Shown: positions 13,478-25,861, numbered from the stretch's first letter. The stretch: 64,000 nt of DNA from the human T2T-CHM13v2.0 reference genome, Homo sapiens (GCF_009914755.1 NC_060933.1), one strand, 5' to 3'. Notes: generated by a model not told the origin, from the letters alone. Translations and numbers: made by a program.

Positions 13478-14620
13478 AGTTGCTAAATCACTTTATTTAT
13501 TTATTTTCACATAAGTTACTGGGGTACAAGTGGTATTTGGTTACATGAGTAAGTTCCTTAGAGGTGATTTGTGACATTTTGGTGCACCCATCACCCGAGC
13601 AGTATACACTGCACCATATTTGTATTCTTCTATCCCTTGCCTCCTGCTTCTCTCCTTCCCCGCAAGTCCCCAAAGTTCACTGTATCATTTTCATGCCTTT
13701 GTGTCCTCATAGCTTAGCTGCCACATATCAGTGAGAACATACGATGTTTGGTTTTTCATTCCTGAGTTACTTCACTTAGAGTAATAGTCTCCAATCTCAT
13801 CCAGGTTGCTGCAAATGCTGTTAATTCATTCTTTTTTATGGCTGAGTAGTATTCCATCGTACATATATACCATAGTTTCTTTATCCACTCATTGATTGAT
13901 GGGCATTTGGGTTGGTTCCACGATTTTGCAATTGTGAATTGTGCTGCTTTAAACATGCATGTGCAAGTATCTTTTTCGTATAATGACTTCTTTTCCTCTG
14001 GGTAGATACCCAGTAGTGGGATTACTGGATCAAATGGTAGTTCTACTTTTAGTTCTTTAAGGAATCTCCACATGTTTTCCATAGTGGCTGTATTAGTTTA
14101 CATTCTCACCAGCAGTGTAGAAGTGTTTCCTGTTCATTGCATCCATGCCAACATCTACTTTTTTCTATTTTTTGATTATGGCCATTCTTGCAGGAGTAAG
14201 GTGTTATTGCATTGTGGTTTTGATTTGCATTTCCCTGATCATTAGTGATGTTGAGCATTTTTTAAATACATTTGTTGGCCATTTGTATATCTTCTTTTGA
14301 AAATTGTCTATTCATGTCCTTAGCCTACTTTTTGATGGGATTGTTTGTTTTTTTACTGATTTCTTTGAGTTCGTTGTGGATTCTGGATATTAGTCCTTTG
14401 TCAGATGTATAGATTGTGAAGATTTTCTCCTACTCTGTGGATTGTCTTTTTACTCTGCTGACTGTTCTTTTTACCATGCAAAAGCTCTTTAGTTTAATTA
14501 AGTACCAACTATTTATCTTTGTTTTTATTGCATTTTCTTTTGGGTTCTTGGTCATGAAACCCTTGCCTAATCCATTGTCTAGAAGGGTTTTTCCAGTGTT
14601 ATCTTCTAGAATTTTTATAG
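13432..14620 (-). mobile_element. 5'-truncated L1PB (L1PB1-like) with 19-nt non-L1 tag and 41-nt poly(A) tail
   Basis: L1PB-type 3'UTR (ggggtacaagtggtatttggttacatgagtaagttc), ORF2 peptide [24 protein letters not shown] and T41 at 13432-13472. Confidence 0.9.
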
Positions 14621-15820
14621 CCTTTTGTTTAGTAAGAAGGACAGAAAGCTGGACAAGATTGCATGGTTCTATTCTAGCTGCTTTCTATAAAGAGGTGTGC
14701 TTAGAAAAGAGAGGTTTTTGGTCTTTTCTTCTGTTAACCAAAGCTTGATTTCTGATTGGATAGGTCATGTCTATAATCAATAAATTGGGGACTCCTTTTC
14801 CTTTTTGCAGAGCTTAAAATTCATAAGGAAACAGGTCATTTATTTGTAGTAAAGGTAACCTTCAGCTGTAGGTTGTTTGTTCATAAGGACAAGTCTGTTG
14901 TTTATTACTGGCACAGTGATGACAAAGGCAAGGAAGATTAGGCCAAGCCTACACTTTCAGGAGAGTCTATCATTGGGTTGACTTTGGTGTTCAGAAGCAG
15001 CCTTTCTCAAAAAGCAGGCAGGGAAGGGGCCAGTGATACTTCTCGGCTTGTTGAGGCATATATCTTCCTCTCTCAGGACGGTATTTGTCCATTTTGATAA
15101 GTCTCACATGGTACTATTTATAACTTGTAAGATCATTTCAAGTTAGTATAGGTCAGTAAGTTCGATATTTAAGTTTATTTGTGCCACCCAAATCATGATT
15201 TCTATGACCTAGGAACACCCATTGTCCACATTTTTAATGGCATGAAATCTGTCTTGCAATTTGATCTTACAGCATATACTTGGAATAGATTTTTAAAAAC
15301 TGTAAGCTTGACAGTAGTGGCTATGCTTCTAAACTTGTACAGGTGATCAAATGATTTCTTTCCTTGTGGGATTCTTTGGTTTATCTGGACCTTTATTTTG
15401 ATTTAAGTTTTATTTATCTATAAGCACAAGCAAATTGGACTATATCAAGGGGTATTTTCTGCTCCATTTGCTATGGCTTCTTCCAATAGTTCTTCCAGAG
15501 TGTCTTCAGCAGAACCAAGGTTTTCTTGCTGCTGGAAGTGCTTAACAGAGTCAAACTTCATAGAACGAAGTACACTGACTGTGTTGTCAGTCAAAAGTTG
15601 GTCTGTTAAGCATTTGGGCCATTTATATCGATTTTAAGATGAACTGGGAGCACGAAGAAAGAGACGATGAGTTTCTCCTCTCACCAACACATAACTTTTC
15701 CAAATGGAAAGGAGGGAAAATACGGGGTAAAGGTTTATAGAACAGAGGTTAGGAAAGAAAGTAGGTTGCTCCAGACATATTTTCCCCAACTCAGAGTGGA
15801 AAAAGTGAAAATAAGATCAA

Positions 15821-15864
15821 GGAAGGAAGGAAGGAAGGAAGGAAGGAAGGAAGGAAGGAAGGAA
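15821..15864 (+). repeat. (GGAA)11 microsatellite
   Basis: 11 perfect consecutive GGAA units. Confidence 0.97.
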
Positions 15865-15879
15865 GGAGCATTAGGAATG

Positions 15880-16029
15880 CAGTAAAGCATATGATTGTGT
15901 ACAGAGAGTCAGATACAGGATTGAAGTTCCAGCCTTGCCACTTTCTAGCTGTGTAACCTTGGGCAAGTTACTTAACGGTACTAAGCACCAGTTTCTTTAC
16001 CTACAAAATGAAAATAACAATAGCACCCT

Positions 16030-16062
<33 letters not shown>

Positions 16063-16380
16063 AGACGGAGTCTCGCTCTGTCGTCCAGGCTGGAGTGCAG
16101 TGGCACGGTCTAGGCTCACTGCAAGCTCCGCTCCCAACTTCACGCCATTCTCCGGCCTCAAGCCTCCCGAGTAGCTGGGATTACAGGCGCCAGCCACCGC
16201 GCCCGGCTAATTTTTTTTTGTATTTTTAGTAGAGACGGGGTTTCACTGTGGTCTCGATCTCCTGACCTTGCAATAGCACCCTTCTTACAGTGTTGTTATG
16301 AGAATCAAACAAGATAATACATAAAGTGGGCTTAGTTCATGGTAAATACCAAATAAATAGTGGTCAGGATTTCAGTTATT
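15880..16380 (+). mobile_element. MIR, interrupted by an Alu
   Basis: MIR core ctagctgtgtaaccttgggcaagttacttaac upstream of the Alu; MIR 3' part tgttgttatgagaatcaaa...taaagtgggcttag resumes after the TSD. Confidence 0.8.
16032..16270 (-). mobile_element. 5'-truncated AluY, Yd lineage
   Basis: ~29-nt T tail, AluY right arm (gagaatggcgtgaa, ggagcttgcag), left-arm 12-bp deletion GAGACC^ACAGTGAAACC and perfect 16-bp TSD caatagcacccttctt (16018-16033 / 16271-16286). Confidence 0.9.
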
Positions 16381-17009
16381 ACCAATGTTTTCTTTTTTCC
16401 ACAACTATTTTGAGAAGCAGTGAAATCTTACATATTTGGCCTTCACTGTTACATAATTACTCAGACAGAAATCAAGCTGAAGTTACCTTGCTGAACAACC
16501 TTTCCTGTGAAGTTAGCATTACTCAATTAGTATGATTAATTAACACAGTTAATAGACTAGACAAAACTGAAATAGATTTATTTGTTGAGAAATACTGACT
16601 CAACAAATGTCTCTTTTGCTTACTTAGCTTAGGCTAAGATTCAATTATTAGGTGCATCTGAAAATTAAAATACTTCTCCCAAACTGAATTTCTTTTAAGA
16701 AATCTACATTTTATACTATTCAATGAGTTAGACTTTCCTCTCCAATTAATTGAAAAGAATAAAGTTTTAGAGTCTAATGCAATTTCCTTGTCTAAAATTT
16801 AAAAATATAATAAAATCCCCGGGCAGCTCTCTTTTCAGGACAGGGTCACACTACACCATGGATAATCGAATTCCGTTGAATTTGAACAATGATCTCTTAG
16901 CCTCATTCATGATCTTAAGCAGTCTGTGAGTGATTACCTAAAGACTGCTTGAAGACTCTTAAACCCTAATGAGGAATGAGAATTTTACTGAAAATGTAAC
17001 AACTTCCTT

Positions 17010-17190
17010 AATACATCCTTCATAAAGTCCTTTGCACTCTCAGTAGTCTATGTAAAAATACTAACTAGAACTCAACTGGACTTCAATTATGGCGGTATGT
17101 CATCGAAATACATCCTCCTTCATAAAGTATGTAAAAATACTAACTAGAACTTAACTGAACTTCATGCTGCCATATTATTTGTCATCAAAA
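17010..17190. repeat. Imperfect local tandem duplication (~80-100 bp unit)
   Basis: ccttcataaagt, tatgtaaaaatactaactagaact(c/t)aactg(g/a)acttca and tgtcatc(g/a)aaa each occur twice. Confidence 0.9.
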
Positions 17191-17199
17191 GAACAGTAG

Positions 17200-17320
17200 T
17201 TGAGTGGCCTTTATTCTAGTTTTGGCTTTGGCCAAAATCAACAACAAGACCTTGGGAAAGTTATCAAATCAATCCAGGTCTCAGTTACATCATTGTAAAA
17301 TGGGACATACCTCTAATTTC
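17200..17320 (+). mobile_element. MIR fragment
   Basis: gaccttgggaaagtta...tctcagttacatcattgtaaaatggg. Confidence 0.55.
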
Positions 17321-18418
17321 CTTTAGCTTTAACATTAATCAAAATGCATCCAGTCACTCACAAACTTCTTGTTTGTAAAAGATGCTGTCCTGTCCGGAGC
17401 AGTAATATACTCCCTCTTTGTGTCTGCAAAATTAACACAAGGTTATTGTTCTTGGGATTATTACATCATTTTATATTTATCATTTCTCTCTGTAGACTTC
17501 ACTGGACAGACAATTGTATTTTTTAATCATTTTTAAATACTAGTCTTGTGAAGTTGGCCAGATAACAGCAACCTCACTCCATGAACCAGGGACAACCTAT
17601 TAGCAGTCCTAAAATTGGAGCCATGCAGATAATCACACAAAGAACCAAATATTGTTATAAATGAAGTATTTGTGAAAGGAGAAAATGACAAATAGGGAAA
17701 TTTTCTTGTGCTCCCAGAATAAAGGAAATGAGGCAAGGTCTTAAGAGCTACATAAATTAAAATTCCCATACTGATCAAAACCATTTCCATCATGAATAAT
17801 GAGAATGGTGCATACACTATTAGGCCAGAGATTGGGGACTGGGAGTCTGAGGAGGCAGCTAGCTGGAACAGTCTTACAGTGCAATCCTTTAAGTCAGGGA
17901 TAAGATCCTAGATTTCAGTCCAAGAAGTTCCCATAATGCGTTTCTACAATGTTTGAAAACATATTGGACATTAAATTAGTTAATTTTATGATTTGTACAC
18001 CAAGAAGGGAAGGAATGGCATGCTTCATGTATGCCTGAGTAAGGGGTGCTCGTTCACATAGAAGCAACGTGATATTCAATGTTGTCAGGTAGGAGGTGTT
18101 ATTAACCTTCTCTCCTCTCCTGATGCAAAAGAATATTACTTAGCTCAGGAATTCAGATGCATTTCCTTAATATTGCCCAAAGGGATATATATATATTTTT
18201 TTACTTAGGACTTTGTAAAGATAGCAAAACAATGTGGAAGGAATAGGACCCACAAAATAAACTCTGCATATTGAACCATTAATAAATATCTTATAATGTG
18301 CAGTTATTCCTTCTCATTAGAGTTCGGGTGACCCTCTATTTTTATGCGAACTACAGTACAGTCACTTTTCTGGTCTGGTCCTAGTCTTTATCACTTATAT
18401 TCCATTGTAATCATGTTC

Positions 18419-18812
18419 TGTGGTAGTCATCAATGCTTCTCACAGAATACATCCAGCTTTCCACTTTCCAGACAATGACAGACATTTACTATTTGAATAC
18501 CTTGTGGTTGAGTGGGACAATGTGGCCAATTCTAATGAAGGAGTTTTGAGCAGAAGGGACATGTGTTACTTCCAGGTGAATCAAATTACCTGTGAGAAAC
18601 TGAACAAAGTATTCTTTTTTCTTAGGGATAACTACTGGATCAGCAGTACTCCAGACAGTGCTTCACCAGACTGGGTCCCTGGATGATGAAAGAGTCCCCC
18701 CTGCAGTACCACAATAAAAATGTAGTGTGAATGAGGGATACATCTTTGTCTCTTGAGCCACTAAGATTTGAGATATAGTTACTGCAGCATAATCTAGTCT
18801 TTTTTGACTAAT
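18419..18812 (+). mobile_element. MLT1 (MLT1I/J-like) solo LTR
   Basis: TGTGGTAG start, gagcagaagggacatgtgttacttccagg core and gagccactaagatttgag...ttactgcagcataatctag...tgactaat end. Confidence 0.7.
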
Positions 18813-19095
18813 GTCTATGCAGTGTTACATTTCACTCGTGTGGACACCATTTCTTATCAGACAGGTCAAATATATTTACTAGTTATGAAGTGTTCCCAGT
18901 CTTTGCTGCTCTTATTTCAAGTTCCATCTTTAAAGCACAGCACCTTTCAGTTCAGACTATACAGCAACCTACCAATTGAATTTTATTGCCCAAGGATTTT
19001 GGTTACTACTTGTCATTCCACAAAAGTATACAAATACACAAAATGCTAGCAATATGTGTGAGACCACATATTGCCCTCTAAAATCATGCCCTCTG

Positions 19096-20552
19096 AATCC
19101 TAAGCAAAGAGGACAAAGCTGAAGGCACCACACTGACTGACTTCAAACTATACTATAGCGATCCATAACCAAAACAGCATGGTACCGGTACAAAAACAGA
19201 CACATAGACAAATAGAACAAAATAGAGAGCTGAGAAATAAGGCCACACATCAGCAAGTATCTGACCTTTGACAAAGATGACAAAAGCAATCAGGAAAGGA
19301 CTCCCTGTTCAATAAATTTTACTGGGATTACTGGCTAGGCATATGCAGAAAATTGAAACTGGATCCCTTCCTTACACCGCATACAAAAATCAACTAATAT
19401 AGATTCAAGACTTAAATGTAAAACCACAAAGTATTAAAACCCTGGAAGACAACCTAGTCATGATCATTCTAGATATAGGAATGAGCAAAGATTTCATGAA
19501 GATGCCAAAAGCAATTGCAACAAAAGCAGAAATCGACCAATGGGATCTAATTAAACTAAAGAGCTCCTTCTGCACAGCACAGGAAATTCTCAGAATAAAC
19601 AGATGACCTACAGAATAGGAGAAAATTTTTGCAAACTATGCATCTGACGGGGGTCTAATATCCAGCACCTATAAGGAATTTAAACAAATTTGCAAGGAAA
19701 AACCAAGCAACCCCATTATAGAGTGGGCAAAAGACATGAAGACACTTTTCAAAACACATGCATGTGGCCAACAATTATATGAAAAAAAGCTCAACTTCAC
19801 TGATCATTAGAGAAATGCAAATCAAAACCACAATGAGATACTACCTCACAACAGTCAGAATGGTTATTATAAAAAGTCAAAAAAAAAGAAGAGATGCTGC
19901 TGAGGTTGTGGAGAAAAAGGAACATTTATACACCATTGGTGGCAGTGTAAATTAGTTCAACCATTGGAGGAAACAGTGTGTCAATTCCTCAAAGGGCTAA
20001 CAGAAATATCATTCAACCCAGCAATTCTATTATTGGGTATATAGACAAAGGAATATAAATTGTTCTATTATAAAGACACCTGCACACATATATTCACTGC
20101 AGCACTATTCACAGTAGCAAAGACATGAAATGAACCTAAATGCCCATCAATGATAGACTGGATAAGGAAAATGTGGTACATATATACAATGAAACAGTAT
20201 GCAACCATAAAAAAGAATGAGATCATGTCCTTTGCGGGAACTTGGATGGAGCTGGAGGCCATTTTCCTTAGCAAACTAATGCAGAAATACAAAACCAAAT
20301 ACCGGAAGTTCTCACTTGTTAGTGGGAGCTAACTGATGAGACACATGGACATAAAGAAGGAAACAGACACTGGGGTCTACTTGAGGGTGGGAGGAGGGAG
20401 AGGATCAGGAAAAATAATGGGTACTGGGTCTAATATCTGGGGACAAAATAATCTGTACAACAAACTCCCATGACACAAGTTTACCTGTATAACAAACCTG
20501 CATGTGTACCACTGAACTTAAAATAACAATTAAAAAAATTAAAAATAAAACC
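19096..20552 (+). mobile_element. 5'-truncated L1PA (older, approx. L1PA13-16)
   Basis: ORF2 3' region ([11 protein letters not shown]; MIDWIRKMWYIYTM), L1PA-type 3'UTR and A-tail. Degenerate 15-bp TSD aaatcatgccctctg (19081-19095) / aaataatgccctatg (20553-20567). Confidence 0.92.
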
Positions 20553-22261
20553 AAATAATGCCCTATGCAAAATCCCACAGCTTTGATTGCATAGGTGTTT
20601 CATAGGCCATGATGATGCGTAGAGGAGAAGTGAAAAATGTTTGGACTGAGTGCATTCTGGAAGACTGTCCCATTTCATGTAAAATCGTTCACCTACTGTT
20701 GTTCTGTCTCACACTAATAAATGAACCTTGGCTTTAACTACTGTTTGTGGCCATCCTGTAATAACAAAAAAAGTAGATTAAATATATACATAGCATAATG
20801 TAAACAAGATTGAAAAAAATTTTAAAGATCATCAGATCTTCTTTGCTTATATACAATTTAGTAATTATCTTTTACTGTACTTTTTTTCTATTTTTGTAGG
20901 CACCCTCAAAACACTGGAAAATTACCATATGCATCAGTAGCATATGTAATGATGAAATTATTAAGATACTGAAGTGACTGCCTCTCTTGAAAATATATCT
21001 ACCACTTGCTGTTTCATGAGGCTGGTAGGCCTATATTTGGTAGAAAATGTCTTGCATTCAATAGTCAGAGCTGATGCTTCCAACAGATACAATCTTGATA
21101 GAGAAAAACCAAGGGTATAGTGAATATTTTCAAGGAATTAGGAATCATCATAGTAAACAGAAAAAAAAAAAGACACTAAGACTAATATGAGGAGGGAAAA
21201 AAGGCTAATGCTGACTACCTATAGTTTTTCATAGAATGGTTTTTTTAATAATAAAATGGAAGACTTTGGAGCAGTCATTGATGTAAGTACTAATTGAAAT
21301 TGAAACCTGAATGCCATTCTTAATATCCTAATCATGAAAGCCATTCCTATGGAGGTGCCATTTTTTCTTCTCTTTGTATCATTAGTATCTTTTCCATTAC
21401 CTCCTACAACCAAGGATCGTATCTTTAGCTGCTTGCAGCCTCATTTAACTCCCTTCATGCTTCCCATACAAGAATCTGGTTCTTACACTTCCCAGACAGA
21501 GTCCAGTGGGTTTCTTCACAATATTGAGAAGTATGTCTATCATTTCTGGAGTATTTCTGTTTTACCTAATCCATTTGAGAATGAATGATTTTTATGTAGT
21601 AGTGTCTTCCATTTTATTTTTGGTTGTTTATCACGAATCAAATGAAACACCCACTGGGCATACAACTGACTTTTATTGGTGACCTCATGTTTTTATAGGA
21701 GGAGCCCTATGGATAAAAATTTGAGAAATTCAACCAAATTATTGTTGTTGTCTTATTATCATACAATCCACAACTGCACCATTTTGGTAACAATATTGCG
21801 TTTATCTAATTATTTTATTTAGAATAATATATGTAACTTATTACATTAGGAAGTTAAAACTGGTTTGGGTGAATAATGAAGTTGAACTTCTATTATTTTA
21901 AAAATATATTTTTTTAAGAGAAATTTTAGGTGCATCACAAAATTGAGTGGAAGATACTAATATTTCCAATATAGCCTCTGCCTCTGCACATACATAGCCT
22001 CCCCATTATCACTAACCTCCCATCAGAGAGGGTGGTCATTTTTTATAACTGATGAAGCCACATTGACACATCATTATCCTTCAGAGTCCATAGTTAACAT
22101 TAAGATTCATTTTTGTCATGGATTTTATGGGTTAGGACAAATATATAATGACATATACCCAGAATTGTAGTGTTATAGAGAGTGGTTACACTTCCCTAAA
22201 AATCCTGTGTGCTCTGCTTATTCATCCCTCTCTCCCCCAGAACCTTTGGCAACCAGTGATC

Positions 22262-22355
22262 TTTTTTTTTTTTGAGACTGAGTCTTGCCCTGTCGCCCAG
22301 GCTGGAGTGCAGTGGCACGATCTCGACTCACTGCAACCTCCGCCTCCCGGGTTCA
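22262..22355 (-). mobile_element. Severely 5'-truncated Alu (3' ~90 nt of right arm)
   Basis: T-tail plus gagactgagtcttgccctgtcgcccaggctggagtgcagtggc...cccgggttca. No TSD visible. Confidence 0.9.
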
Positions 22356-23724
22356 TATAATTGGAATCATATATCATGTAGCCTTTTCAGATTGGCTTTT
22401 ACTTAGTAATACATATCCAAGTTTTCTCCATGTCTTTTCATGGCTCGATAGCTCATTTCTTTTCAGTGCTGGGTAATATTCATTGTCTGAATGTGTCACT
22501 TTTTTATTTATTCATTCATCTACTGAAAGACATCTTGGTTGCTTCCAAGTTTGGGTAATTATGAATAAAGATGCTATAAATATCTGTATGTAGGTTTCAT
22601 TGTGGACACTCATTTTCAACTTATTTGAGAAAACACCAAGGACTGTAATTGCTAGACCATACGGTAAAAGTTGGTTTTGTAAGAAACTGCCAAACTCCCT
22701 TCCTAAATGGCTGTACCATTTTGCATTTCCACCAGCAATGAATGAGAGTTTCTGCTGCCTCTTATCCTTGACAGCATTTGGTGTTGTCAGTGCTCTGGAT
22801 TTGGGCCATTCTAATAGGTGTGTAGTGGTATCTCCTTGTTGCTTTAATTTGCATTTCTGTGGTGGCATATGATGTGGAGCATACTTTCAAATGCTTTTCA
22901 GCCATCTGTATATTTTCTGTGACGAGGTGCCTGTTCAGGTCTTTGGCTCATTTTTTAAATTGGGTTCTTTGGTTCTTGTTCTTGACTTCTAAGAGTTCTT
23001 TATATATTTCGTATAATAGTCCTATCTGATATATGTGTCCTGCAAACATTTTCTCCCAATCTGTGCTTACCTTTTCATTATCTTGGTGGTGTCCTTTCAG
23101 AGAAGATAGTTTTAATTTTAATGAAGTCCAGCTCATCAGTTCTTTCATAATTTATGCCTTTGGTATTGCACCTAAAATGTCATCATTAAACCCAAGGTTG
23201 TCTAGATTTTCCCCTATGTTATCTTCTAAAAGCTTTTATAGTTTTGCATTTTACATCTAGGCCTCCGACTCATTTTGAGTTAATTTTTGTGAAGATTCAC
23301 AAAATCTTCATAAAAGATTCATCTTTTTTTTGCATGAAGATGTTCGGTAATTCCAGCCCCATTTTTGGAAAAGACTTTATTTTCTCCATTGTATTTCCTT
23401 TATTGCTTCGTCAAAGATCAGTTGACTGCATTTATATGAGTGTATCTCTATGCTCTTTATTCTGTTCCATTGAACTATTTGTCTATTCTTTTTCTAATAT
23501 CACACTATCTTCATTACTGTACCTTTATAGTAAATCTTGAAATCAGGTAGTGTCAGTTCTTCCTTCAGCTTTATTGTTCTCCTTCAATATTGTGTTAGCT
23601 GTTCTGGGTCTTTTGCCTCTCCATAGAAACATTAGAATCACTTTGTCAATATCCACAAAATGACTTGCTGGGATTTTGTCTGGGATTGCATTGAATCTGT
23701 AGGTAAAGTTGGCATATTGACAAT

Positions 23725-24071
23725 TGCTTTGATCTGAATGTTTGTGTTTCCCCAACATATACATTGAAATCTTTCCCTCATGGTGATGATATTAAGAGAT
23801 AGGGCCTTTGGGACATGATTAAAAAATAGAGTCCTCATGAGTGGAATTAGTGCCCTTACAAAAGGGAGCTTGTTTGCCCATTCCCCATGTGAGTACATAG
23901 AGAGAAGCTACCGTTTATGAACCAGGAATTGGGCTATCACAAATCACTGAATCTTGTGGTGCTTTGATGTTGGCCTTCCTAACCTCCAGAACTATGGAAA
24001 GTAATTTCTGTTGTTTAGAAGCCTCCTAGTTAATAGTATTTTTGTTGCAGTAGCCTGAAAGGACTATGGTA
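23725..24071 (+). mobile_element. MLT1A/MST-like MaLR solo LTR inserted in L1MC
   Basis: TGCTTTGATCTGAATGTTTGTG start, cctccagaactatg...tttctgttgttta end and 5-bp TSD acaat/acagt. L1 sequence is continuous across it. Confidence 0.85.
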
Positions 24072-24307
24072 ACAGTATTGAAACTTCTTATTCGTGAACA
24101 TACGCAATCATGGCATCTGTGAACAAAGACAGTTTTGTTTCTTCCTTCCCTATCTGTATACACTTTTTTCCTTTCTTATCTTTTTATATTATCTAGGACT
24201 TCTAGCATGATGTTGAAAAGTAGTGGTGAGATAGATTTTCCTTTCCTTGTCCCTGATCTTAGTGGGAAAGCTTGGAGTTTCTCACCATTATGTAATGTAA
24301 GCTATAA

Positions 24308-24610
<303 letters not shown>

Positions 24611-24989
24611 TAATACGTTTGTCTGATTTTAGTACAAGGGTAATGATAGTCTCATAGAATGAGTTAGGAAGTATTTCCTCTGTTTCTAGCTCCTAAAAGA
24701 GAATTGACAAATTTTCACTTAAATGTTTGGTAAAATTCACTGGTGAATCCATCTGGGCCTGATGTTCTGTTTCAGAGAGTTATTAAATATTGATTCAATT
24801 TCTTTAATAGATTTAGGCCTATTCAGATTGCCTATTTCTCCTTGTGTATTGGCAGACTGTCTTTCAAGAAGCTTGTCCATTTTATCTATGTTATCTAATT
24901 TGTAGGCATAGAGTTATTCACAGCATTCCTTCATTATCCTTTTAATGTCCATGGGATCTGTAGTAATGGCCCCCTTTTGTCTCCCCTTA

Positions 24990-25195
24990 AGGAGGGCTTC
25001 CCTGTGAATAAAGCCAATAAAGGAATACAGAGTAAAGAGAGATAGTTTACTAATGTACCACTTAAGCATCTATATCCAGCCTTTACTGAGGTTTACTATC
25101 TGGAGTATGTGAGTAATAAATTCAATTTTTTGTCATCTAAAATATTTTGAATTAGGCTTTTATACCTGCAGACAAAATAGCCCTAAGTGATATAC
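24990..25195 (+). mobile_element. Old MLT1 LTR 3' fragment
   Basis: tgtgagtaataaattc...tttgaattaggctttt...cctgcagacaaaatagccctaagtgata resembles an MLT1J/K 3' end. Confidence 0.5.
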
Positions 25196-25831
25196 TTTAT
25201 TTTTTTATACAAAGAATCTAAGACCCAGAAAAAGTAAGGCTTACAACCCTGGGTCAGAATCTAAATCTCAATCCATTTAGTCTACAACTCTTTCCATTTT
25301 ACACCCTCCCTCTTTAGAAGGGGTCTCTTAAACTTGCAATTTGAATAGCTGATGTTTTCCATCTTGCTACATGTTCATTTTGCGTTCACTGACTTTATCA
25401 ACTTCGTTGTGTCACATACAGAATGAAGTTCCCAATCATTCATGCTCCTGACACGGAGAAAATAGAATTGACAGATTCAGAAGGAATAAAAAGATGTCCT
25501 TTATTTCTGGGTGTTTGTCTTGTCAGAAATAAATAAGGTTGACCTTTGATAGAATGCCCTGTAAATAATTCTTAGGTGGAATATTCAGAACACTCCATTT
25601 GCCAAGTCTATGACAGCTATTATAAATGGAGTGTGTGCTTTCCCCTACCTAAATGAACTTTAAAAATTGAACTTTTTAATCTTTTTTTCTAATATGAAGA
25701 CTTAAAAATAATTCCGTTATAAATTCTAAAGCAAGGGAATTCTATACAAGCTATTTTGATAAAAATCTGACCACTATGTTTAATTATACAGTTGTGAATT
25801 TTAGAAAACACAAGCTACTGTTCCCTAAGTA

Positions 25832-25861
25832 AAAGGCATATAAAGGCATATAAAGGCATAT
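25832..25861. repeat. (AAAGGCATAT)3 tandem repeat
   Basis: Three perfect 10-bp units. Confidence 0.95.

Noticed and set aside
12032-14748. ORFs with L1 ORF2p similarity
   Set aside because: Frameshifted fragments of 5'-truncated L1s; they cannot encode a functional retrotransposase.
15447-15567. Minus-strand mini-ORF MKFDSVKHFQQQENLGSAEDTLEELLEEAIANGAENTP that looks protein-like
   Set aside because: Only 38 codons, no convincing splice acceptor or promoter, overlaps a probable repeat-derived hairpin and matches no protein I recognise.
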